The notes beneath the pieces were generated by a model. It saw only the letters and a list, made by a program, of their open reading frames with translations. It was not told where the DNA came from and searched no databases. A stretch of 63,550 nt of DNA from a virus. Lineage: Duplodnaviria; Caudoviricetes. The DNA lies in IMG/VR virus record IMGVR_UViG_3300038856_000075, positions 1 through 63,550 of that record, one strand, 5' to 3'. Shown here piece by piece: positions 17,707 through 24,953 of the stretch. The translations under genes were made by a program, and so were the position numbers. The first letter of the stretch is position 1. Each line of letters begins with the position of its first letter.

Positions 17707-18119
17707 GATGAAAATGACGATGACGCGCCCGTGCGCTAAGTGCCCATTCCGCACCGATATACCCGGCTATCTGACGAGTGAGCGGATGGAAGAAATCGTT
17801 GACGGGCTGATCGGCGGCGCGACGTTCACATGCCATGAAACCACCATCGAATCCGATGACGGCGAGGACATGATTGACGGCCCGAACGCGCAGCACTGCG
17901 CCGGCGCGCTGATCTTCCTCGAACACAACGAAATGCCCAACCAGCTGATGCGGATTTACGAGCGGCTTGGCGGGTACGACCGGACCAAGCTCGACATGAC
18001 TTCTCCGGTCCCGCAAGACGAATACGAACTGATCGAGCATCACGCGGCATCGGACGCTTACAAATATGTCGGGCATGACAACAGCGGCGATGCGCCGTGC
18101 GATGTGGAGAAGTGAGATG
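17673..18119 (+). repeat. 38-bp exact direct repeat (17673-17710, 18082-18119)
   Basis: CAGCGGCGATGCGCCGTGCGATGTGGAGAAGTGAGATG twice. Confidence 0.95.
17708..18115 (+). CDS. Cys-rich phage protein
   Basis: PCAKCPFR...FTCHET...CAGAL; ends SGDAPCDVEK. Confidence 0.78.
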   Translation: MKMTMTRPCAKCPFRTDIPGYLTSERMEEIVDGLIGGATFTCHETTIESDDGEDMIDGPNAQHCAGALIFLEHNEMPNQLMRIYERLGGYDRTKLDMTSPVPQDEYELIEHHAASDAYKYVGHDNSGDAPCDVEK

Positions 18120-18701
18120 CCTACAGGATACACACACCCCGTCGGTAACGGCGAGATCACGGACTTCCGAACCTTTGCCATGCGGTGCGCGCGCGTCATG
18201 GGGGCCTGCATCACCATGCGTGACGACCCATCCGATGCCGAGATACCGGAGAAATTCGAGCCGTCATACGATGACTTGAAAGCATTGCGCGAAGCCAAGG
18301 CCCAGCTGAAAGAACTTGCCGCCATGACGCCGGCACAGATTACCGAGCGGTGTCATCAAGAGTTCGAAGAGCGCGCGAAACGCAACCAAGAATACTACCA
18401 ATCCAAGATTACCGAAGACAACCGCTACAAGACGATGCTTGAAAAGGTTCGCGCATGGAAGCCGCCGTCCGAAGACCACAATGGTCTTAAAGAATTTATG
18501 GAAGAGCAGCTCAGCGGTTCCATCATAGAACCGCGGGAGCCGCCTGTTGAGGTAGAACCTGAACCGGAGAAATGGCTCCGCTGCAAGCTCAACAAAGTAA
18601 CCGACGATTCGATCTACCACGAAAACGAACACCGGAAGGAGATTGAGTCCACGGAAAAGCGGAACGAATGGCTTCGGCTTTTGCGGGAGTCGTTGTCATG
18701 A
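18117..18701 (+). CDS. Conserved phage protein (MPTGYT family)
   Basis: MPTGYT...FAMRCAR.MGACITMRDDP...WKPPSEDH.GLK.FM. Confidence 0.8.
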   Translation: MPTGYTHPVGNGEITDFRTFAMRCARVMGACITMRDDPSDAEIPEKFEPSYDDLKALREAKAQLKELAAMTPAQITERCHQEFEERAKRNQEYYQSKITEDNRYKTMLEKVRAWKPPSEDHNGLKEFMEEQLSGSIIEPREPPVEVEPEPEKWLRCKLNKVTDDSIYHENEHRKEIESTEKRNEWLRLLRESLS

Positions 18702-18844
18702 AACACCCCCACCACGCCGCCCTGCACATCGTCGAGACCACGCCGATCCTGCCGCGTCTCCGAACCCGCCAGTTCTGGCTTTCGTTCATCGCCGGGGCCG
18801 GGTTCATGGCGCTGATCTTCCTGGCCTGGGTGGCGACGCCATGA
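18698..18844 (+). CDS. Small membrane protein (48 aa)
   Basis: MKHPHH...FWLSFIAGAGFMALIFLAWVATP; ATGA overlaps at both ends. Confidence 0.55.
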   Translation: MKHPHHAALHIVETTPILPRLRTRQFWLSFIAGAGFMALIFLAWVATP

Positions 18845-19866
18845 AACACGAACCGGGCATCTATTTTGGGCTGGACGAGGGAGAATACCACGCCGTTCCC
18901 GCCCTTTCCGCGTCTGGCATCAAGAACATGATGGCCGCGCCCCTCAATTTCTGGGCCGCGTCGTGGATGAACCCGAATTACACGCACGAGCCGAACGAAG
19001 CGATGGTCGTCGGCAGCGCTTATCACAGGCGGATCGTCGAGGGGGCCGAGTCCTTCTATGAATCATATGCGCCGTCTATCGGCCCAGAGGATTACCCCGA
19101 GGCCATCCGCACGATGAACGAAATGCGGGATAGGCTCCGGGTTCTGGAACTGCCGGTGTCGGGGAACAAGGATGAGTTGGCCGAGCGCCTATTGGTAGCG
19201 GATCCCCACATCGAGATTTGGGACGAGATTGTTCGCGATCACGCGGGCAACCATGCCGGGAAAACGCTGCTCGACCCCGATCTTATCAAGAAGATCGAAT
19301 ACGCCGCGGCGATGATCGAGAAGCATCCGACGCTATCGAAGTGCTTTTCCGGCGGCTGGCCGGAGGTGTCGATCATGTGGATCGACGAGGAAACTGGTGT
19401 GCCGATGAAGTCCCGGCTGGACTATCTCAAGGTCCGCGCAATAATTGATTTGAAGACCTTCAACAACCGGTTCGGCAAGCCCGTTGACCGGGCCATCGCA
19501 ACCGAGATGGCCAATTACAAATACCATGTCCAGGTCGCCGTCTACATGGAAGCGGTGGAGCAAGCGCGGCGATTGATCCGGGACGGGTTGATCTTCGGCG
19601 ATGCCGATGGCGACAAACTGGCGCAACTCGCCAAGTCGGACGACCGGCATTTCGCTTTCGTGTTCCAGCAAACCGGCATCGCTCCCATCGCCAAGGGGAA
19701 GATTTTCCCAAAGGGCATCGTGTTCGACTGCGGGCGGATCGTGATGCGCCAGGCGATGCACGATTTCAAGGTCTGCATGGACACGTTCGGCACCGACCCA
19801 TGGCTGGACACGTCCGATATCGAAATGTTCGACGACTCGGAATTTCCACCCTGGATGACGGAGTAA
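18841..19866 (+). CDS. RecE-like PD-(D/E)XK exonuclease (DUF3799) with SAP-like insertion
   Basis: PGIYFGL...YHA.PALSASG, PEVSIMW...MKSRLDYL...IIDLKT, YHVQVAVY. Confidence 0.88.
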   Translation: MKHEPGIYFGLDEGEYHAVPALSASGIKNMMAAPLNFWAASWMNPNYTHEPNEAMVVGSAYHRRIVEGAESFYESYAPSIGPEDYPEAIRTMNEMRDRLRVLELPVSGNKDELAERLLVADPHIEIWDEIVRDHAGNHAGKTLLDPDLIKKIEYAAAMIEKHPTLSKCFSGGWPEVSIMWIDEETGVPMKSRLDYLKVRAIIDLKTFNNRFGKPVDRAIATEMANYKYHVQVAVYMEAVEQARRLIRDGLIFGDADGDKLAQLAKSDDRHFAFVFQQTGIAPIAKGKIFPKGIVFDCGRIVMRQAMHDFKVCMDTFGTDPWLDTSDIEMFDDSEFPPWMTE

Positions 19867-19870
19867 TTCA

Positions 19871-20749
19871 ATGAACGAGATTGCGAAGCGACCCGACCGA
19901 AAACCCGAACTCGTCGCCGGCGGCCAAGTGATGGCGATCATTCCCCGGACCATTGATGAAGTCTGGCGGCTTTCCGAAATTATCGTCGGCGCCGGTCTCG
20001 CGCCGGACAGCTACCGGGGGGCGGACAACAAGGACACGGCCAAGAAAGTAGTGGTCGGGATCATGAAGGGCGCCGAAGTCGGGTTGCCGCCGATCACCGC
20101 GCTTTCGTCCATCGCTGTCATCAACGGCCGGCCGTCCATTTGGGGCGACGGCGCAAAGGCGCTGATTGAGAACAGCGGCAAGGTCGAGGATTTCAAGGAG
20201 ACCCTTACAGGCGAGATATTGGCGGACGATTGGACGGCCGTTTGCGAGATCAAGCGCAAAGGCCAGGAAACACCGATCGTCCGGCAATTCTCTTGGGCGG
20301 ATGCCAAGCGGGCCAACCTGATCGGCAAGGGGCCGTGGAAGCAGTATCCGCAACGCATGCTGCAAATGCGCGCGCGGTCCTGGGCGATCCGAGACGGATT
20401 CTCGGATTGCCTGTCCGGGCTGGCTATTGTCGAGGAAGCCCGCGACATGCCGCCTATGAAGGACGTGACGCCGGACACATCGTTCCTCGACGACGAAGCC
20501 CCGGCGGTCGAGGACAAGACCGATTGGTATTCGAAGGCGGTTTTGGACGTTCTCGAAAAGATCGGCGAGTGCGACAGTCTGGCAGACCTTGCTGAGATCG
20601 ATCATGCCACCACCGGGTTGCGACAGGAACTGGTCGGCGCGGGCGAGACCGAGACCATCGCCCGGATCAATGACGCCGTGACCGAAAAGCGCGAGGTTTT
20701 GTCCATCGCGGAAGACCCGGAAGACGAGGCGGAAAGGGAACTGGTATGA
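19871..20749 (+). CDS. RecT-like single-strand annealing protein
   Basis: GAEVGLPP..ALSSIAVINGRPSIWGD...WKQYPQRMLQMRAR..AIRD.F; follows RecE-like gene. Confidence 0.85.
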   Translation: MNEIAKRPDRKPELVAGGQVMAIIPRTIDEVWRLSEIIVGAGLAPDSYRGADNKDTAKKVVVGIMKGAEVGLPPITALSSIAVINGRPSIWGDGAKALIENSGKVEDFKETLTGEILADDWTAVCEIKRKGQETPIVRQFSWADAKRANLIGKGPWKQYPQRMLQMRARSWAIRDGFSDCLSGLAIVEEARDMPPMKDVTPDTSFLDDEAPAVEDKTDWYSKAVLDVLEKIGECDSLADLAEIDHATTGLRQELVGAGETETIARINDAVTEKREVLSIAEDPEDEAERELV

Positions 20750-21039
20750 GCGATGTCAAAAGCCATAAGCCGGTTTCTGGGGGAGGATGGGTGATGCGGC
20801 GCCAACCCCAGCTCGCGACCGGCTGTCTCTGGATCGATGGCGATCCCAGCGAACTCGGCTGGCGGTACTGCCAGAAAAAGATCGCCGGCGGCCCTGGGCG
20901 CCCGTGGTGCCGTGCGCACCTGCCGCGGGTCTACCTATCTACGGAAGTGGCGAAGCAGGACGCATCCGACTATCGCAAGGTCCAGCGCGCGAAGGGCCGG
21001 GCGATCGACGCGAAGTGGCTTACTTTCGGGAGTCTGTAA
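20746..21039 (+). CDS. GcrA C-terminal-like Zn-binding domain protein
   Basis: CLWIDGDP....WRYC.........PWCRAHL.RVY. Confidence 0.7.
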   Translation: MSDVKSHKPVSGGGWVMRRQPQLATGCLWIDGDPSELGWRYCQKKIAGGPGRPWCRAHLPRVYLSTEVAKQDASDYRKVQRAKGRAIDAKWLTFGSL

Positions 21040-21389
21040 TGAGCAGGCTGAAACGTCGCCACAAGAACAGCCAGCGCGGCAAGAAGGCGCGCACCATGAA
21101 TGCCCACCGCGCTTTTGTCCGCCTTCATGTCTGCTCAGTGCCCGGCTGCAAGGACTCCCCTATCGAGGCCGCACACTATGACGGGCCTGTGCCTCACGAG
21201 GATATGGGCGGGACGGCATTAAAGCGGCACGATCGCTGGTGCTTCGCGCTGTGCCGGCCCCATCATCAGCGCTACCACCAGATCGGATGGGTGGCCTTCG
21301 ACAAGGAACACGGGATCGACACGAGGAAGATCGCCGAGGAATTCGCGCGGCAGTCGCCGGCGCTGAGGAAAGCCGAGTTGGCGCAATGA
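21039..21389 (+). CDS. DUF968/HNH-like nuclease
   Basis: HRAFVR..CSVPGC...EAAH...K.HDRW...LCRPHH..YHQIG. Confidence 0.75.
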   Translation: MSRLKRRHKNSQRGKKARTMNAHRAFVRLHVCSVPGCKDSPIEAAHYDGPVPHEDMGGTALKRHDRWCFALCRPHHQRYHQIGWVAFDKEHGIDTRKIAEEFARQSPALRKAELAQ

Positions 21390-21477
21390 GTTTACCGGGC
21401 GGAAGGGGATGGTCCCCGCCGGCGGGTTGCAACTCCAGGCCCGCCCGCCGGACGCCCGACCAGATTAGGAGGATGAC

Positions 21478-22056
21478 ATGATCGAGGGCTGGCCGCTCTA
21501 CTGGCCCGAGCATTGGGCGCGGACCCGGCAGCGCCGTACCGCGCCGTTCAAGATGACGCCCGCCAAGGCCCGCCGGGAGCTGATCTGGGAGCTCCAACGG
21601 CTCGGGGCCAGGCATATCATCATCTCGACCAACGTGCCGCTGCGGCGCGACGGCCAGCCCTTCGCCGACGGCAAGCCGACCAATGGCGACCCCGCCGTGG
21701 CGGTGTGGTTCGAGCTCGACGGCGAGCAGCAGTGCATCCCGTGCGACCGCTGGTCCAAGGTCGGCGACAACATCCGCGCCATCGGGAAATCGGTCGAGGC
21801 CATCCGCGGGCTCGAGCGCTGGGGCGCGCAATCGATGGTCAAGGCCGCGTTCAAGGGCTTCGCCGCGTTGCCGCCGCCGGGCGTCACGAATTGGCGCGAT
21901 GTCCTGGGCCGGGATGTCCTGACGTCGGAACAGGTGGACCGGCGCTACCGCGAGCTGGCCCGCGAGCGGCATCCCGACACCGGCGGGTCCGATGCCATGA
22001 TGGCTGACCTCAACGCCGCCCGCGACGCGGCACGGAAGGAGATGGGCGGTGGCTGA
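21478..22056 (+). CDS. Phage protein with C-terminal DnaJ J-domain
   Basis: WPLYWP...IISTNVPLRRDG...DPAVAVWF...CDRW; YRELARERHPDTGG. Confidence 0.88.
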   Translation: MIEGWPLYWPEHWARTRQRRTAPFKMTPAKARRELIWELQRLGARHIIISTNVPLRRDGQPFADGKPTNGDPAVAVWFELDGEQQCIPCDRWSKVGDNIRAIGKSVEAIRGLERWGAQSMVKAAFKGFAALPPPGVTNWRDVLGRDVLTSEQVDRRYRELARERHPDTGGSDAMMADLNAARDAARKEMGGG

Positions 22057-22234
22057 CACCCCATCTGTGCGCCCCGGTCTCAAGCTGGCGCTGGCGATCG
22101 CGCGCAAGGTGACCGACGACTTCTGGAACGAGGAATACGCCCACCACGGCAACGCCGGTTTGGCCAAGATGAAACAGAAAGTCGGGTTTCAAATCGAGGC
22201 CGCTATCGAGAAGGAGATAAAGCGCGGTGGCTGA
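22049..22234 (+). CDS. Hypothetical protein
   Basis: 61 aa, GTG start inside the repeat. Confidence 0.6.
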   Translation: MADTPSVRPGLKLALAIARKVTDDFWNEEYAHHGNAGLAKMKQKVGFQIEAAIEKEIKRGG

Positions 22235-22634
22235 CATCATCAAGACACTTGAGGAAGCGACGGAGGGATCGCGGGAGTTGGATGCAGAGATAGAACTGTC
22301 GCGACGACGTTTCCTTGGGCTTCTTGGTGCCGGAGCTGTGGTGTGTTCCGTACCCGGATGGCTTGCAGGCCCAGGCGTAGGTGAACAGCCGATCAAGGCT
22401 CCCCACTACACCACCAGCCTGGATGCCGCGCTGACGTTGGTGCCGGAGGGATGGTCGGGTCGATTATGGTTTGGTCAGAAGCCACGAAAACGCCAGCCTG
22501 AATATGAATCGGATGCCGTCGTTTGGGCCAGCGACGATACTGTCAAGGCATCATTTTGGGGTCCGAACGGAAACGCCGCCACCCCCGCCCTCGCCGTCTG
22601 CATCGTGGCCCTCAAGGCGAGAGAGGCCCTATGA
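22227..22634 (+). CDS. Phage protein (ELDAEI...YTTSLDAA family) with internal Tat-like segment
   Basis: LEEATEGSRELDAEI...PHYTTSLDAALTLVPEGW...TPALAVCIVALKAR. Confidence 0.75.
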   Translation: MADIIKTLEEATEGSRELDAEIELSRRRFLGLLGAGAVVCSVPGWLAGPGVGEQPIKAPHYTTSLDAALTLVPEGWSGRLWFGQKPRKRQPEYESDAVVWASDDTVKASFWGPNGNAATPALAVCIVALKAREAL

Positions 22635-22733
22635 ACTGCCTCTGCTGTCCCCGCCGGTGGGGTTCGAACATGGACCCGCCGGACGCCCGACCGGCTACCG
22701 TGTGGCAGTGTATGAATATGTGATGGGGCTGTA

Positions 22734-23090
22734 ATGGTCAAACCAAGCCGCCAAAAACAGCCGGTCCCAGACCATGATGTTTTTGATTTATGCACTTATG
22801 CTGCTGAGGTGCTTATACGAGCCGGGTTTCAATGGCACGAAACATCAAGACAAACAGAATCGTGTTATTACAAATTTCCTGGCCGCGATGGCGTTCTTCG
22901 GGTTGGGACCCACAAGCGCAAAAAACCCGATAAAAACAAAGACAGAATCTACGGCAAAATTACCTTTGCACCTACGCCGGTTCTTTCACCGCCCGGAATG
23001 ATAAGAATGACCGAGCAAGCCATTGAAAGCAAAATAGCCTATGCCATCGGCACATATTTGATGAAAGCCCCCGTGAAGAACCATGGCTGA
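22734..23090 (+). CDS. Hypothetical protein (lower GC)
   Basis: SRQTESCYYKFPGRDGVLRVGTH. Confidence 0.7.
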   Translation: MVKPSRQKQPVPDHDVFDLCTYAAEVLIRAGFQWHETSRQTESCYYKFPGRDGVLRVGTHKRKKPDKNKDRIYGKITFAPTPVLSPPGMIRMTEQAIESKIAYAIGTYLMKAPVKNHG

Positions 23091-23114
23091 TCTTTATGAC
23101 TACGTGATGAGGTT

Positions 23115-23315
23115 GTGATGAAAGAAATTTCAGACATCAAACAGTATTTTGAGAAACACCATGGAGAGATTCTATATCCATCAGACGTCGCTAAGGCATT
23201 GAACTTGCCATATGATTTGGTTGAGCGGTTGTTTAATGAATTAGAGCTGTCCGGCAAAATTAGAGAGGTCAGATTAACTGATTATGTATGCCCTGTTTCG
23301 CATCAAAGGCGATAG
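23115..23315 (+). CDS. Small winged-HTH-like protein (lower GC)
   Basis: LYPSDVAKALNLPYDLVERLFNELELSGKI. Confidence 0.6.
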   Translation: MMKEISDIKQYFEKHHGEILYPSDVAKALNLPYDLVERLFNELELSGKIREVRLTDYVCPVSHQRR

Positions 23316-23509
23316 TGTCCGGCAGATCAGCAAGGCCCACCCGCACAAGAGAACGGTGGTTGTGGAGGCTTTGGAACGTCGTCTGGCCAATGTCTGGGGG
23401 AACGACTTCCCCGACACCGGGTGTTTCCTGCCTACATTTAGTCTGGTTCAGGGCGTGGAAATACGCGAGGTCGAGGCTGAGCGGCAGGCCGTGGATATAG
23501 GAGGATGAG

Positions 23510-23767
23510 ATGACCGACAGGTTCGATGAGATGGCGGGGAAATGGTGCGGCGAGGAATTCCATAGATGGGTTGATGCTGATACCGACCGGCTGGATGCTA
23601 CCAGACTCGCCGCCCTCCTTCGCCGCGTCCACAACGAGGCGATTGAGCAAGCCGCATGCAGGGCTAGTTGCTTTGCTAATCTCAATCATCCGGTGTGGAT
23701 CAACATACGCGCCCTCAAAATCGAAGCCGCCAAGGACGCGGCACGGAAGGAGACGCGCGGTGGGTGA
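23510..23767 (+). CDS. Hypothetical protein
   Basis: AGGAGG RBS; ends DAARKETRGG (degenerate repeat copy). Confidence 0.6.
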   Translation: MTDRFDEMAGKWCGEEFHRWVDADTDRLDATRLAALLRRVHNEAIEQAACRASCFANLNHPVWINIRALKIEAAKDAARKETRGG

Positions 23768-24410
23768 CACCCCGATCATCATGTCTGCGCCCATGGTCAA
23801 GGCGATCCTAGACGGCAGCAAGACACAAACGCGTCGGTTGGCTTGGCGCAAGGCGAAACATGGAAATATCGCGGAGGGCGACATGATCGCGATCAACGAT
23901 CCATCGCCCAACACCGCAACCCATTACAAACCTACCGTCTGGCAGAAGGCCCGCCCCGGCGACAAACTCTGGGTCCGCGAGGCATTTCTGGCGGTCGGCG
24001 GGCTGAACCCCGAGCGCGCGCGAATCGTGTACCGCGCCACCAACGACGGCCCCGACGCGTGGGTCTCCCCGTCGTGGAGCCCCTCGATCCACATGCCGCG
24101 TTGGGCGTCGCGCCTCACGCTCACGGTGACGGAGACGCGGTTGCAGCGGGTGCAGGACATCAGCGGTGTCGATGCCGAGGCCGAGGGTATTGAGATCGAT
24201 TTTCCGGGTGGCCACCATGGCGCCTATAAGCGCGCGCGGCAGGCGTTCCGTGAATTGTGGGATACGCTCAACGCCGACCGGGCACCATGGGACTCTAACC
24301 CCGAAGTCGTGGTCATCGGCTTTGAAACGACCCGGAAGAACATCGATGCCATGATGGCTGACCTCAACGCCGCCCGCGACGCGGCACGGAAGGAGATGGG
24401 CGGTGGCTAA
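23760..24410 (+). CDS. ASCH-like phage protein
   Basis: PIIMSAPMVKAILDGSKTQTRR...GDKLWVRE...WSPSIHMPRWASRLTL...WDSNPEVVVIGF. Confidence 0.85.
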   Translation: MGDTPIIMSAPMVKAILDGSKTQTRRLAWRKAKHGNIAEGDMIAINDPSPNTATHYKPTVWQKARPGDKLWVREAFLAVGGLNPERARIVYRATNDGPDAWVSPSWSPSIHMPRWASRLTLTVTETRLQRVQDISGVDAEAEGIEIDFPGGHHGAYKRARQAFRELWDTLNADRAPWDSNPEVVVIGFETTRKNIDAMMADLNAARDAARKEMGGG

Positions 24411-24599
24411 TTGCCTCTGCTGTCCCCGCCGCTTGACCGGCCGGCAGGCCCGTTTCTGTTCTCCCGCATGCAGGGCCGCGTTCACACCGCAGCGCGCCGC
24501 TGGGCGCTCAAGGCCGTGGAGGCGGGGTTGGTATCGGTGGAGACGCTTATGGCTCTGAGCGAGCCGTGTACGGATGAAAGGACGGGTTCTGATGGCTGA
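24403..24599 (+). pseudogene. Frameshifted small Zn-finger gene
   Basis: MANCLCCPRR...FCSPACRAAF continues as HTAARRWALKAVEAGLVSV only if one C is added at TTCACACC (~24481). Confidence 0.5.
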
Positions 24600-24771
24600 A
24601 TTGTTCTCCCCCACGCCGGATGACGTGATCGCCGAACTCGAGCGTGAAATCCGGATGCGCGAGCAGGTCTACGCGAAACAGGTCGCGGCGCGGCGGATGT
24701 CGCAAACGATGATGGACCGGCGAATCGAGTTGCTGCGCGAGGCGATCCGGCTGATAGACGCCCCCGAATGA
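24592..24771 (+). CDS. Conserved small phage protein
   Basis: IAELEREIRMREQVY...VAARRM. Confidence 0.75.
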   Translation: MAELFSPTPDDVIAELEREIRMREQVYAKQVAARRMSQTMMDRRIELLREAIRLIDAPE

Positions 24772-24831
24772 CCCTCCCCCTCGCCTGGCCGCGCTACATG
24801 CGCCCGCAGACCCTGGCGCAATTATACTTGC

Positions 24832-24866
24832 AAAAAAAGGGCGCCCCACCGAAACGGGGCGCCCTT
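24832..24866 (-). terminator. Rho-independent terminator ending the late operon at the convergence point
   Basis: AAGGGCGCCCC/GGGGCGCCCTT 11-bp stem with T-run on minus strand. Confidence 0.85.
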
Positions 24867-24953
24867 GGGATAGGGCCATAACTATAGCGGCCGCCAGTCG
24901 AACGGCGCGCGGCCAATCGGCGCGATCAAAACCGATGGGCCATCATCCCATAA

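Larger units (their letters stand above)
21990..24408 (+). repeat. 65-bp exact direct repeat (21990-22054, 24344-24408) with degenerate copies at 22210-22236 and 23735-23773
   Basis: CGATGCCATGATGGCTGACCTCAACGCCGCCCGCGACGCGGCACGGAAGGAGATGGGCGGTGGCT. Confidence 0.95.
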
